DNA of 64,000 bases from Candidatus Fermentithermobacillaceae bacterium (GCA_018052475.1 JAGPNG010000005.1:11355-75354); one strand, 5' to 3'; numbered from the stretch's first letter, positions 28,377-38,476 are shown. Numbers and translations are program-made. The notes: generated by a model not told the origin, from the sequence alone.

Positions 28377-28427
28377 ATCGTCAGAAACCTATAATCACCA
28401 GTGTGTCTTCCCACCACCGAAAACAAG

Positions 28428-28504
28428 TGGTGCGCCTGGCGGGATTTGAACCCACAACCTACAGATCCGTAGTCTGTCGCTCTATCCAATTGAGCTACAG
28501 GCGC
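28428..28504 (-). tRNA. tRNA-Arg (anticodon ACG)
   Basis: 77 nt. D-arm GCTCAATTGGATAGAGC, anticodon loop CTACGGA, T-loop GGTTCAAATCC. CCA encoded. Confidence 0.9.
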
Positions 28505-28534
28505 GAGATAAAATCCGTGGCGTTGGTCCTTAGG

Positions 28535-28624
28535 TGGCGGAGAGGGAGGGATTCGAACCCTCGAAGGGGGTTACCCCTTAACGGTTTAGCAAACCGTCGC
28601 CCTCGGCCTCTAGGCGACCTCTCC
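28535..28624 (-). tRNA. tRNA-Ser (anticodon GCT)
   Basis: Anticodon stem-loop acggt-TTGCTAA-accgt, long variable arm. CCA encoded. Confidence 0.85.
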
Positions 28625-28680
28625 GCAGAATAAAGGGCCTCGCCCTTTAGATATTATCACGTCTTCCTATGGGATGCTAG

Positions 28681-28771
28681 TGGCGGAGGGGGTGGGATTC
28701 GAACCCACGGAGGGCTATGAACCCTCAACGGTTTTCAAGACCGCCGCATTCAACCGCTCTGCCACCCCTCC
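28681..28771 (-). tRNA. tRNA-Ser (anticodon TGA)
   Basis: Anticodon loop CTTGAAA, long variable arm, GGTTCGAATCC T-loop. CCA encoded. Confidence 0.85.
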
Positions 28772-28882
28772 ACAGATCCCCGCCTTTATCCGCTCTTTTC
28801 GCTCCCGAATCCAAATATTATCACACGAGATTTGGGAAAGCAACGAACGTTGGCTATGCCTCTCCGAGGCGAAAAACTCAGG

Positions 28883-30268
28883 TCACTCCCGCGATGCGAT
28901 TCCCCGAGCCGCGATAACGCCTGAAACTGATGCTTGGGCAAGGCTCCGTGTTATTCCTGCTCCGTCTCCAATGGCATAAAGTCCCTCTATTTCTGAGCAC
29001 ATGTCCTTGTCAACCTTTACTCTAGCAGAATAGTACTTAACTTCAACCCCGTACAAAAGGGTGTGTCTGGCCCATACCCCCGGCATAAAACTGTTCAAAG
29101 CCTCCAACATCTCCAAAATGTTCTTTATGTATCGATAGGGTAATACCAAGGTGAGGTCTCCTGGGGTAGCATCTTTTAGCGTGGGTTCTACCATGCTCTT
29201 CGCAAGACGGCTGTAGGTTGATCTACGCCCTTCCCAAAGGTCCCCGAGTCTTTGAACTATTACTCCTCCTCCGAGCATATTAGCAAGGCTAGCGATGTAC
29301 TTTCCGTATGTTATAGGCTCCTTAAAGGGCTCAGTAAATGTCTTGGAAACTAAAAGAGCGAAATTGGTATTGTCGGTCGTCCGATGTGACCAAGAGTGAC
29401 CATTGACGGTAACAACTCCGTCTGTATTTTCTACGACCACTTCGCCCCTTGGACACATACAGAAGGTCCTTACAAGGTCATCAAAGGAATTGGAGTAATA
29501 ATGGATCTTTGATTCCCAGACTTTTTCTGTGATGGGGTCTGCAACTACCGCCGGAACCTCCACTCTAACCCCTATATCTACAGGGTTTATCGCTTGAGTA
29601 AGCCCCAGTCGTCTTGCCTCGTCAGAAAACCATGAGGAACCTTCCCTTCCGGGTGCTACAATGAGATAGCGGCACCTTTCCTCCTCGCCGCCTTTCAAAG
29701 TTACACCCTCTACCTTGCCATCGTGAACCAAAATGCTTTCTACCTCTGTTCTTGTACGTATCTCTACCTTAGGTTTCAGGTAAAGATACATATTGTTCAG
29801 GATCCTAGGACAGTTGTCACTTCCCAAATGGCGAATCTGAGCAGGGATAAGTTCTAAGCCACAAGCCGCTGCTTTTCGCACCAACTCATCTGTTGCCGCT
29901 TGATCTGTTCCGAAGACACGATCTGTCGCGCCGAACTCTAGCCACTTACCGTCGATATACTTTACGAGCGACATAAGTTCATCTTTTGAAACATATTCAT
30001 CCAGGAAGCCACCAAACTTGTTGGTAAGAGTAAGCTTACCGTCGCTAAAGGCACCGGCTCCTCCCCACCCGGAAGTAATGGCACATGGAGAGCAATTGAG
30101 GCATCCTCTAATTACTCCCTGTCTCGGACACTTCCTCGCATCCAAATCTGATCCTTTTTCCAAGATTAGTACTGACAGTTGTGGGGCTTCTTTAACGAGT
30201 TCTAAAGCCGCAAAAATGCCTGCCGGTCCTGAACCTACTATGATCACATCCCACTTGCTCAATCCCAA
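28883..30268 (-). CDS. FAD-dependent oxidoreductase (COG2509-like uncharacterised dehydrogenase)
   Basis: N-terminal Rossmann dinucleotide motif DVIIVGSGPAGIFAA. 461 aa. No specific function can be inferred. Confidence 0.7.
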   Translation of the reverse strand: MGLSKWDVIIVGSGPAGIFAALELVKEAPQLSVLILEKGSDLDARKCPRQGVIRGCLNCSPCAITSGWGGAGAFSDGKLTLTNKFGGFLDEYVSKDELMSLVKYIDGKWLEFGATDRVFGTDQAATDELVRKAAACGLELIPAQIRHLGSDNCPRILNNMYLYLKPKVEIRTRTEVESILVHDGKVEGVTLKGGEEERCRYLIVAPGREGSSWFSDEARRLGLTQAINPVDIGVRVEVPAVVADPITEKVWESKIHYYSNSFDDLVRTFCMCPRGEVVVENTDGVVTVNGHSWSHRTTDNTNFALLVSKTFTEPFKEPITYGKYIASLANMLGGGVIVQRLGDLWEGRRSTYSRLAKSMVEPTLKDATPGDLTLVLPYRYIKNILEMLEALNSFMPGVWARHTLLYGVEVKYYSARVKVDKDMCSEIEGLYAIGDGAGITRSLAQASVSGVIAARGIASRE

Positions 30269-30322
30269 ACCTCCTAGCGCACAATATGCACCAACATGAT
30301 AAGACCAATCCGCTAGACTAGC

Positions 30323-31660
30323 CTACGCGGAACCATCTCCCGGGACATGTATTACGTCGAGATCCCCAAACCTACAAATCTCCCGTGAGAAAAACAACTT
30401 GAGATTACCGGTAGGACCGTTACGCTGTTTTGCGACAATGAGCTCTATCAGATTGTTCTGCTCAAGTTCCGGTTCAGTGTACAAAAACATGACCACGTCT
30501 GCGTCTTGTTCTATGGCACCCGATTCTCTGAGATCCGACAACACGGGCCTTCTATCTTGCCTCTGCTCTACCGCCCTAGACAACTGCGACATGGCGATAA
30601 TAGGAACATCAAGTTCCCTCGCCAGACCTTTGAGCGATCTGGAGATTTCTGAGATCTCTTGCTGCCGGTTCTCCTGTTTCCGGGTCCGCATAAGCTGCAG
30701 ATAGTCTACAACCACGAGCCCCAAGCCGTGTTCGGCTTTGATCCGTCTCGCTTTCGCCCGAAGTTCCATAACCGATATACCCGGAGTATCGTCTATGAAT
30801 ATCTTGGCCTCTCCGAGCCGCCCCAGGCCGATAGACAGTCTACGCCACTCGTCATCGCTTAGAAAACCATTTCTGAGTTTCTGACTGTTTATAGCAGACT
30901 CAGAGCATAGCAGTCTCTGCGCCACTTGCTCACGCGACATCTCAAGGCTGAAAACCGCTACCGAGCAGTCTTCTCGTATCGCTATGTTTCTGGCTATATT
31001 GAGTCCAAGAGAAGTCTTGCCCACAGAAGGACGAGCAGCAAGGATTATAAGGTCCGATGGCTGAAACCCTGAGGTAATAGAATCTAAATCAGAAAAACCG
31101 CTTGAGAGCCCGACCACATTTCCTTTGTGGGAGGCAAGATACTCCAGCTTCTCCATGGTTTCCACAAGGACATCTTTGAGATGGACGTATCCTTGAGTTG
31201 TCCTACCCTGGGATATCTGGAATATGGTCTCTTCGGCTTTGTCTAGAATTTCATCGACCTCGTATTGAGAATCATATGCGCTGGCAGCTATTTCAGTAGA
31301 TGCAGCGATTAGGCGCCTAAGGACGGATTTCTCCGCTACGATCCTAGCATAGTACTCAACGTTTGCAGCAGTCGGTACGAAGTTTGCAAGCCTGGCTAGT
31401 TCTGCAGCCCCACCAATTTTTTCTAGGTACCCTGCGTTTTTCAAGTTTTCAGCCAGGGTAACAAGATCAACCGCCTCAAGTTTATCGGCCATTTCAGCGA
31501 TTTGCCTAAATATTATCCTGTGGTTTTCCTTATAAAAGTCTTCAGGCTTGAGAATTTCAAGTGCTGATATTACAGCGTTTTGCTCGATGAGCATCGAGCC
31601 TATAACCGCTTCCTCTGCCTCAATGTTCTGCGGCGGTACTCTCTCACGCACCTGAGACAA
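30323..31660 (-). CDS. dnaB: replicative DNA helicase (DnaB family; DnaC in B. subtilis nomenclature)
   Basis: Walker A ARPSVGKTS, RecA-like C-terminal domain, N-terminal PPQNIEAEEAVIGSML. 445 aa, so no intein. Confidence 0.92.
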   Translation of the reverse strand: MSQVRERVPPQNIEAEEAVIGSMLIEQNAVISALEILKPEDFYKENHRIIFRQIAEMADKLEAVDLVTLAENLKNAGYLEKIGGAAELARLANFVPTAANVEYYARIVAEKSVLRRLIAASTEIAASAYDSQYEVDEILDKAEETIFQISQGRTTQGYVHLKDVLVETMEKLEYLASHKGNVVGLSSGFSDLDSITSGFQPSDLIILAARPSVGKTSLGLNIARNIAIREDCSVAVFSLEMSREQVAQRLLCSESAINSQKLRNGFLSDDEWRRLSIGLGRLGEAKIFIDDTPGISVMELRAKARRIKAEHGLGLVVVDYLQLMRTRKQENRQQEISEISRSLKGLARELDVPIIAMSQLSRAVEQRQDRRPVLSDLRESGAIEQDADVVMFLYTEPELEQNNLIELIVAKQRNGPTGNLKLFFSREICRFGDLDVIHVPGDGSA

Positions 31661-31677
31661 CTCAATTCCCCCTCATT

Positions 31678-33594
31678 TTATGCGCCAATCGCCGACTCAC
31701 GCCAGGTAGGACAAATACAGTCAAGAGCATCTTTCAGATCACTTACGTATTTTACCTCGATGCCCCGAATTTCCTTTAGGCCCTTTTGATTCTCGGAAGG
31801 TACTAAAATAGTTTTCATCCCTGCCTGCTTTGCGCCATAAATCTTTTCATATATTCCGCCTATGGCTTTAACTTCACCGGTTAACGATACCTCTCCCGTA
31901 ACTGCTACATCCTGTCTCAGCGGCAAGCCCGTAATGGCCGAAAACACCGCGAGAGTTATGGCCAAACCAGCTGAAGGACCATCTATCTGTCCGCCTCCAA
32001 TTATGTTTACGTGTATGTCCCAACTGTAGAGATCGATATCGAACGTCTTACGAAGGGCAGATCCTGCATTGAACATAGAATCTTTCACCATAGATCCTGC
32101 TGTATCATTGACACGCAAAGCTCCCTTACCGGTTTCTCTTGCGGGGAAACTTACGGTTTCTATCTCGATTACCGACCCGAGATAACCCAGAACCCCAAGG
32201 CCAAAAGCCTTGCCAATCTCTGGGGTGTCCTTGGCCTTGGCTATGACGCTAGGAAGAATCCTGCCAGTTTCTATAGCCAACTTTACGTCTTGCGCAGAAA
32301 TCGGCAAGAAACCTTTCTCCGGAAATCTGCCGGCATTGTGAAGGGCAATCGCATACGCATCTGCCAGAAGGCCTACCGCCTTGCGCCCTTCGATAGTATG
32401 TTCTGCGATCAGCTCGCATACCTCTTTTGAAACTTTGGCTCTAAGTCTTCTAGCTGCGCCCTTTACGATTTTTACAACGTCATCAGGCGTCAGGGCGTCA
32501 AAGAATACTTCCGCACATCTAGACCTAAGCGCAGGACTTATTTCGGAAGGGTCCCTAGTAGTTGCGCCGACCAACACAAAATCTGCCGGTGCTCCGTGGC
32601 TAAAAAGACGCCTAACGTATTCGGGAACTCTGGGGTCATCAGGATCGTAATACGAAGAATCGAAATAGACCCTCTTATCTTCCAAGACCTTAAGGAGTTT
32701 GTTCTGAAGAAGTGGATCCATCTCTCCTATCTCATCTATGAAAAGGACTCCTCCGGTTGCCGAGGTTACAAGTCCTAACTTCGGTTCCGGAACTCCCCCG
32801 TCAGCTAGGTCACGCCTTGCTCCTTGATATATAGGATCGTGGACCGATCCCAAAAGAGGATTGGTTATTTCCCTGGGGTCCCATCGCAAAGTCGAACCAT
32901 CTGTCTCAACAAACGGGGCTTCTTTGCTAAAGGGCGAAAAGGGTAATCTCTTTGCTTCTTCTAGGACCAGTCGTGCCGCAGACGTCTTGCCTATACCCGG
33001 CGGCCCGTAGAGGATAACATGTTGCGGATACGGGCTTGCGATCTTGGCCAATAACGCTTGTATTGCCCTATCTTGTCCCACAATGTCTTTGAGTTGTCTT
33101 GGTTTGACAATGGCAAGAGCCGAGTGAGACAAAGACCTACTTTCTAGTTTCAGTATAGACTGTAGTTTCTTGAGGGTCTCTTGGGTTTCGGGACCATCGT
33201 TTTCGGTCAGTATCTCTCTTTTTATGTCGGACAGGTACTCCTCATGCTTGTCTTGCATTTTCTGGGCAACCAAATCTTCAATCTCTTGTTCAATTGCTTG
33301 TCTGGCTATTCTTTCTGCGATCTCCTCCTGACAGTCCTCCAAAATACCCGGTATTTCATGGGGTAAGGGAACAGTGTCAATCGTGGGATCATCGAAAACC
33401 ACTTGTTGTAGCGCGACTATTTGCTCAAGCACATCCTGGGACTTCATTCCTTTGAGCGCTCCTAGCTTGCCTGCCTTTAGAACCAGTTTCTCCGGTCCGT
33501 ATATATCTGCGAGGTAGCCAAACATGGCGCCTACCCGCTCCTTGATCATATCCTCGTTTTCTGCACTCTCAGTTTCAGGTATTTTGCGTCCCAA
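31678..33594 (-). CDS. Lon-like ATP-dependent protease (LonC/LonB-type: AAA+ module plus C-terminal Lon Ser-Lys protease domain; no Lon N-domain)
   Basis: Walker A GPPGIGKTS, and a protease domain with DGPSAG (catalytic Ser) and KAIGG...K. The position between rplI and dnaB is typical of spore-former LonC. Confidence 0.8.
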   Translation of the reverse strand: MGRKIPETESAENEDMIKERVGAMFGYLADIYGPEKLVLKAGKLGALKGMKSQDVLEQIVALQQVVFDDPTIDTVPLPHEIPGILEDCQEEIAERIARQAIEQEIEDLVAQKMQDKHEEYLSDIKREILTENDGPETQETLKKLQSILKLESRSLSHSALAIVKPRQLKDIVGQDRAIQALLAKIASPYPQHVILYGPPGIGKTSAARLVLEEAKRLPFSPFSKEAPFVETDGSTLRWDPREITNPLLGSVHDPIYQGARRDLADGGVPEPKLGLVTSATGGVLFIDEIGEMDPLLQNKLLKVLEDKRVYFDSSYYDPDDPRVPEYVRRLFSHGAPADFVLVGATTRDPSEISPALRSRCAEVFFDALTPDDVVKIVKGAARRLRAKVSKEVCELIAEHTIEGRKAVGLLADAYAIALHNAGRFPEKGFLPISAQDVKLAIETGRILPSVIAKAKDTPEIGKAFGLGVLGYLGSVIEIETVSFPARETGKGALRVNDTAGSMVKDSMFNAGSALRKTFDIDLYSWDIHVNIIGGGQIDGPSAGLAITLAVFSAITGLPLRQDVAVTGEVSLTGEVKAIGGIYEKIYGAKQAGMKTILVPSENQKGLKEIRGIEVKYVSDLKDALDCICPTWRESAIGA

Positions 33595-33596
33595 GA

Positions 33597-34049
33597 CTAC
33601 TTGCCTCCTTCCGGCCGTATATCGACGATAACCTCTGCTTTTACTCCCGGATGGAGCTGAATCTGAACCCTATGCTGCCCAAGTTCTTTTAAGTTCTCTT
33701 GAAGAAGTACCTTCCTTTTGTCCACGGGTATCTTAAAAGAAGAACGGATCTTTTCCGCTATGTCCGAAGAAGTGACAGAACCGAATATTCGATCGGGCCC
33801 CGCCTTTGCATGAAAAACGATAGTCTTGCCGTCTATCTTGGCGGCCGACTTCTTAGCCTCGAAAAGAAGCCTTTCTTCTTTTTCCTCCTGAGCTTCAGAC
33901 AGGTTCTTCTGCTCACGCAGCGCACTTGGTGTCGCAACTACTGCAAGACCTTTTGGAATTAGATAGTTCCTAGCGTACCCATCTTTGACTTTAACTACGT
34001 CGCCCGCACGTCCCAACCCGGCAACCTCTTTTTTCAGTATGACTTGCAT
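33597..34049 (-). CDS. rplI: 50S ribosomal protein L9
   Basis: MQVILKKEVAGLGRAGDVVKVKDGYARNYLIP N-terminus. 150 aa. Confidence 0.92.
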   Translation of the reverse strand: MQVILKKEVAGLGRAGDVVKVKDGYARNYLIPKGLAVVATPSALREQKNLSEAQEEKEERLLFEAKKSAAKIDGKTIVFHAKAGPDRIFGSVTSSDIAEKIRSSFKIPVDKRKVLLQENLKELGQHRVQIQLHPGVKAEVIVDIRPEGGK

Positions 34050-34196
34050 TTCTAACCCCCCTTAAGGAACAAATCGCCGATCTCACATATACTCGAGATA
34101 TTGTATAAGTTATGTATAATGCCGACATGAAGTAATTTCATATGACTTGTGTTGCCATCGCACGGACCATTCTTCTTGGCACCGGAATCTCAAATC

Positions 34197-35156
34197 CTAT
34201 ATCTCGTCTAACCAACCATACCTCAAATGCCTCAAATCGAAAAGTATGTCTGTAAGGCCCACTAACATCACTATCGTGTTGATACCCTGGGCAAAGTACA
34301 GGTAGACGATCAAAGCGCCAACTAAAAGCCGAGGAAAACGCGCGCGCAGAAGATAGTAAGATATAAGCGAAGCTCCCTGGATAAACAGAATCAAAGAGAA
34401 CATAAAAAAGGCGTTCTCGCCAATTCGAGACAAAACATCGACGGCGTATTGTTGCCCTAAGACCAATGCGACGAAAGACATGATTGCCCCAAATCCCACA
34501 TACTCGGGAAATATCCATTGTGAAAAAGGCGGAAGCGGTTCAAGATCGTACCCTACCTTCACCAAAACTCGTCTTCCTACCTCGAAATTCAAGTAAGATT
34601 GGAACAAGGCAGAAACCAAGACCGCTCCAGGCATAATACGAAGAAGCTGCTGTTTTATGTCTTCAAAGTCTCCAAATTGATTCTCTATTGCACCTGGTCC
34701 AAGTACCTTCTCACTCATCTCCGAGGCAGATTTGATGGCGTTTATGTAATTGTCCAACAGATCAGACGGAGTAAAACCTGCCATGACGTAAAGTGACAGA
34801 AACGATACAAGCACACCTACAAGAAAAGCCACGCTTGTTAGGAGTATCACTGTAAGTGAGGAATATCCCTTTCTGATTGCATATCCAAACGTTATTCCCG
34901 TAAGCGCGAAAAGGACCCAAAGCCCAAGGGCAGTAAACCAATCCATGAAAAGAAGGAGCGCCAACCCTGTAACAATAGAGGATAAGAGTCCCCATCTGGG
35001 CCCATGCCTTAAGACAGCTATGGCAGATGGGAGCGGCCACAGAAACATGGCTATGGTACCGAGAATTGGCGCATAGTAACCGATTAACACCAAAACTACG
35101 CCTATTGCAGCCAATAGTGCACTTTCCACTAAAGCCCTAGTCATTTGTCCCTGCAA
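34197..35156 (-). CDS. YybS-like DUF2232 polytopic membrane protein
   Basis: Polytopic membrane protein at the conserved rpsR-yybS-(gdpP)-rplI position. No gdpP is present here. Confidence 0.7.
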   Translation of the reverse strand: MQGQMTRALVESALLAAIGVVLVLIGYYAPILGTIAMFLWPLPSAIAVLRHGPRWGLLSSIVTGLALLLFMDWFTALGLWVLFALTGITFGYAIRKGYSSLTVILLTSVAFLVGVLVSFLSLYVMAGFTPSDLLDNYINAIKSASEMSEKVLGPGAIENQFGDFEDIKQQLLRIMPGAVLVSALFQSYLNFEVGRRVLVKVGYDLEPLPPFSQWIFPEYVGFGAIMSFVALVLGQQYAVDVLSRIGENAFFMFSLILFIQGASLISYYLLRARFPRLLVGALIVYLYFAQGINTIVMLVGLTDILFDLRHLRYGWLDEI

Positions 35157-35231
35157 TGATTTACCTCCAAAATAGTAGAGTATACCGGACCAGAGCCAAT
35201 GGATGCATAGTCTCCAGTCCGGTATTATTCC

Positions 35232-35462
35232 CTATTCTATAGTATACGGCATGAGTGCCATCACGCGTGCCTTTTTAATTGCATTAGTAAGAAGGCGCTG
35301 ATGTTTTGCACAGTTGCCCGTTATTCTTCGAGGCAGTATCTTACCACGTTCCGTAATATATCTACGCAACTTTGCAGTATCTTTGTAGTCGATATAAGTC
35401 GCGCCGTCTACGCAGAAAGAACACATGCGTTTCTTCGACTTTCGTCCATGCTCTCGCCTCAA
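35232..35462 (-). CDS. rpsR: 30S ribosomal protein S18
   Basis: 76 aa with the conserved motifs CSFC...IDYKD...[18 protein letters not shown]. Confidence 0.92.
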   Translation of the reverse strand: MRREHGRKSKKRMCSFCVDGATYIDYKDTAKLRRYITERGKILPRRITGNCAKHQRLLTNAIKKARVMALMPYTIE

Positions 35463-35500
35463 ACAAAACCCTCCTTTGAACCCTCATCCGAAACACGTTC

Positions 35501-35887
35501 TCATTCGGTAAACGTAGAATCTTGTTCGCTATATTCCTCTTCGGAGTTTGCAGTCTGATCCTGAGACTTAGGCTTACCGTCGAGAAACTGTATGGAATCA
35601 GCTATAACTTCCCAAGACTTTCGCTTCTGCCCGTCTTTGGTCTCCCAGCTCCTGCTCTGCAGTCTACCTTCTACAGCAACCAAACGCCCTTTGTCCATGT
35701 ATTGACATGTTACGTCAGCCAGCCTGCCAAAAAGCACGACATCTATGAAGTCGGTCTCCTTCTGACCGCCCTGGCTTGGACGCCTATCTACTGCAAGCGT
35801 GATAGTAGTTACTGAGGTCCCGCCGGGAGTAATCCTCAGCTCGGGTTGCCTGGTCAATCTACCTATCAATATAACGCGGTTGAGCAC
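35501..35887 (-). CDS. ssb: single-stranded DNA-binding protein
   Basis: OB-fold N-terminus MLNRVILIGRLTRQPELR and an acidic C-terminal tail. 128 aa. Confidence 0.9.
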   Translation of the reverse strand: MLNRVILIGRLTRQPELRITPGGTSVTTITLAVDRRPSQGGQKETDFIDVVLFGRLADVTCQYMDKGRLVAVEGRLQSRSWETKDGQKRKSWEVIADSIQFLDGKPKSQDQTANSEEEYSEQDSTFTE

Positions 35888-35926
35888 GTTCTCCCCTCCA
35901 AGATTTAACTATATCGTGGTTCTTTG

Positions 35927-36367
35927 TTAAACTTCCTTAGGTTGTACTATTGTCTCTTCTTCGGGCTCCGATTCCTCAACGACTTCAGCCTCCGGTCTTG
36001 CCTGGCTCTTAGTGCCTTTCTCAGACCTTGCTCCTTCAGATGCCGCTCTTCCCTTTTGGGATCTGGCAGCTTGCTTGGGGATGTTATCGATGCGGGAAAT
36101 CATATGCCTTATCACTTGTTGATCGATCTTCATCAGTCTGTCTAGTTCCGTAACGATCTCCGGAGTCCCTTCAAAGGTTAATATTAGGTAATTACCCTCT
36201 TGGAATCCCGCGATTTCGTAGGCAAGCCTGCGCTTTGCCCACTTTTCGGCTGTTAAAACTACTCCCCCATCATTTACGATAACATCTTTGTATTTCTGGA
36301 GCATCGCAGCAATTTGCTCTTCGTCAAAATCGGGGCGTACAATAAATAAAATCTCGTAAGTGCGCAA
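35927..36367 (-). CDS. rpsF: 30S ribosomal protein S6 (with acidic C-terminal extension)
   Basis: MRTYEILFIVRPD N-terminus. Gene order rpsF-ssb-rpsR. Confidence 0.92.
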   Translation of the reverse strand: MRTYEILFIVRPDFDEEQIAAMLQKYKDVIVNDGGVVLTAEKWAKRRLAYEIAGFQEGNYLILTFEGTPEIVTELDRLMKIDQQVIRHMISRIDNIPKQAARSQKGRAASEGARSEKGTKSQARPEAEVVEESEPEEETIVQPKEV

Positions 36368-36502
36368 TACTCTATACCTCCTCCCATGGACTCAAATGGC
36401 CCCTTATTGGGGCGGGAGTAATCGGAAGCATCCCTCCGCGTCGCTCAACCGGCGCAGGACAATTATAAACTTATGGCAAAAGAAACTCAAGACGCCGGAA
36501 AG

Positions 36503-36709
36503 CTAAATACCATTATTTGCTATTTTCACCCGCGATTTGAACTTCGCGGAGAACTCCCGCCTGTCTAAAAGGATTACTCTGCCGCATTGAGTGCACTTTA
36601 GCCGGACATCGGAGCCGGCGAAAAGCACCTGCCATAGATCGTTACCACATGCATGCCTCTTTTTGAGTTTTACAATATCGCCTGGCCTAAGAGGCGGATC
36701 TAGCAGCAT
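36503..36709 (-). CDS. DUF951-family small protein (YyzM-like)
   Basis: 68 aa with paired Cys motifs (HACG...CTQCG). Conserved position upstream of rpsF in Firmicutes. Confidence 0.7.
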   Translation of the reverse strand: MLLDPPLRPGDIVKLKKRHACGNDLWQVLFAGSDVRLKCTQCGRVILLDRREFSAKFKSRVKIANNGI

Positions 36710-36743
36710 CGTGATAATCTCCTTTCACATCTATAGCCCGGGT

Positions 36744-37466
36744 CTACTTCTTCACGCCTGGTGCGATCCGTGCCAGAGCGGGCGGAATCATCGCGCGATA
36801 TATCGCTATGAGAATCGGTACGAAATGGGACGTAGACAACATATCTCTTATTGGCTCGAGAATTCCGAGCCCTACAAGCGGATAGATGATTCCTACCACA
36901 AGAGACAACCACATGGCAGACAGGCACAGCTGGAGTATCCCGCCAAGTATTCTATTTGCGAGAGACATGGCCGCAATGCCTGAAAAGGTCCTTGCCAATA
37001 ACGACCACACCAGCCTCAATATGATTATAAGGGCAAAGAATGCTATGCTAGCGACTAAGATCTGTGCTATAAGAAGTGGTAGTATCTCTCCCCACGTGGC
37101 GCCCGGACCGGCAATAGCCTCAACTTCCAAAAAATGATCTTTTATCAGAGCAGAAATGGGTTTTAGCCATTCAATTGAGTCTATCCCTTGGAAAAACTCG
37201 GCTACCGAATTCGGATCGTAAGGTTTGGCGTAATTGGGTAAAAACACAAATGCCCCATCCCACCACGCCGCAACCTTACTTACAACTCCCCATGTTTTCT
37301 GCAAATAACCTACTAAGGGCGCTGTAAGGAAATAGGCACCAATTAGACCGATCACCGTCCCGGCCAGTGCCAAAACAGACGCCCAAAACCCCTTCAGAAA
37401 GCCTTTGACAAAACCGACTATGAGAATTGCCAAGATCACTATATCCACGTAGTTCACGATTATCAC
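36744..37466 (-). CDS. CvpA-family membrane protein
   Basis: N-terminus MIIVNYVDIVILAILIVGFVKGFLKG is typical of CvpA (colicin V production protein family). 240 aa, polytopic. Confidence 0.6.
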   Translation of the reverse strand: MIIVNYVDIVILAILIVGFVKGFLKGFWASVLALAGTVIGLIGAYFLTAPLVGYLQKTWGVVSKVAAWWDGAFVFLPNYAKPYDPNSVAEFFQGIDSIEWLKPISALIKDHFLEVEAIAGPGATWGEILPLLIAQILVASIAFFALIIILRLVWSLLARTFSGIAAMSLANRILGGILQLCLSAMWLSLVVGIIYPLVGLGILEPIRDMLSTSHFVPILIAIYRAMIPPALARIAPGVKK

Positions 37467-37482
37467 CTTCTAGCGCAGGACA

Positions 37483-37818
37483 TTAGGATTGAGCATTGTC
37501 AACAAACTCGTCGATCAGCGCAAACACCACTGCAGGCACACCCGGCCCTCCGGTCTTGCCTGAATACAAGGAGATCTGTCCGTCAAAATACCATGCCAAA
37601 CATGCAATCCCAATACATAACACAAATCCCAGCAAAACATCCTCAAGATACGCAGTGGCCAGCTTACGTTTATGCGAAAAGAGGATCTTTCCTGTTAAGT
37701 AAACCGCAACGAACACCGATATATACCAGCCAATCTCGCTAATCCCAGACAGCAATCTCTGGACAATAAGAGCCACCATTAATAGTGCAACTATACGTAG
37801 CATGGTCTTTGAGCCCAA
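37483..37818 (-). CDS. hypothetical small membrane protein
   Basis: 111 aa, three hydrophobic helices, no recognisable domain. Confidence 0.5.
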   Translation of the reverse strand: MGSKTMLRIVALLMVALIVQRLLSGISEIGWYISVFVAVYLTGKILFSHKRKLATAYLEDVLLGFVLCIGIACLAWYFDGQISLYSGKTGGPGVPAVVFALIDEFVDNAQS

Positions 37819-37950
37819 AATGGACCTCCTTGCGGCTGCACTTTACGGATATGCGCCTCTCTTAATCTAAAGGCTATCACACCGTTAGCGGTGATCGCAA
37901 TTATGACATCCATTACAAAAGGTGCTGTTTGCTGCGATCGGCGTGAACGG

Positions 37951-38451
37951 TCAATCGGCAAATCTCAAATACAGGAACAATACCAGAAGTATAGCTATCG
38001 CCACGAAGAAGATGAATTTCCCGTTGGCAGAAAGATGGCAGAGGGTCTCGTAGTTTTTGAAAGCCAAAAGCGCCTTCTCAAATTGTCCTAATTGCAGGTA
38101 AGCAAGACACATATTGTACCTTGGTTCGGGAGAAAACGGATCTCGTAGACAAGCTTTGCGGTACATTTTCAGTGCAAGATCGGGGTCCCCTAACAGTAAT
38201 TCGACGTTGCCGAGGTTGTTTGCTATTCTGGGATCCCTAGGACTTTCTGACAGGGCCACCCACAATAAGTCCCTGGCTGCTTCCAAGTCCCCTAGTTTTG
38301 CCTTGCAAATGGCTAGGTAGTTCGCATGTGAAGGGGACATCGTCGGGCTCTCTAGAGCCTTCCTTTCAAGTTCGTCAACTGCACTTCGTATGTCATTGCA
38401 CTTTATCATATGAACAACTCTACGCTCAAATCGCACCAGGCACCACCCCAT
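37951..38451 (-). CDS. TPR-repeat protein with C-terminal TM helix
   Basis: Tetratricopeptide-like repeats (ARDLLWVALSESPRDPRIANNLGNV..., ALKMYRKACLRDPFSPEPRYNMCLAY). C-terminal hydrophobic segment. Confidence 0.6.
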   Translation of the reverse strand: MGWCLVRFERRVVHMIKCNDIRSAVDELERKALESPTMSPSHANYLAICKAKLGDLEAARDLLWVALSESPRDPRIANNLGNVELLLGDPDLALKMYRKACLRDPFSPEPRYNMCLAYLQLGQFEKALLAFKNYETLCHLSANGKFIFFVAIAILLVLFLYLRFAD

Positions 38452-38476
38452 ACAAGAAAGCCCCGTTGGAACCGGT

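Noticed and set aside
34138-34518. 126-aa minus-strand ORF
   Set aside because: It overlaps the 3' end of the YybS-like gene in another frame and extends into the rplI promoter region. No support.
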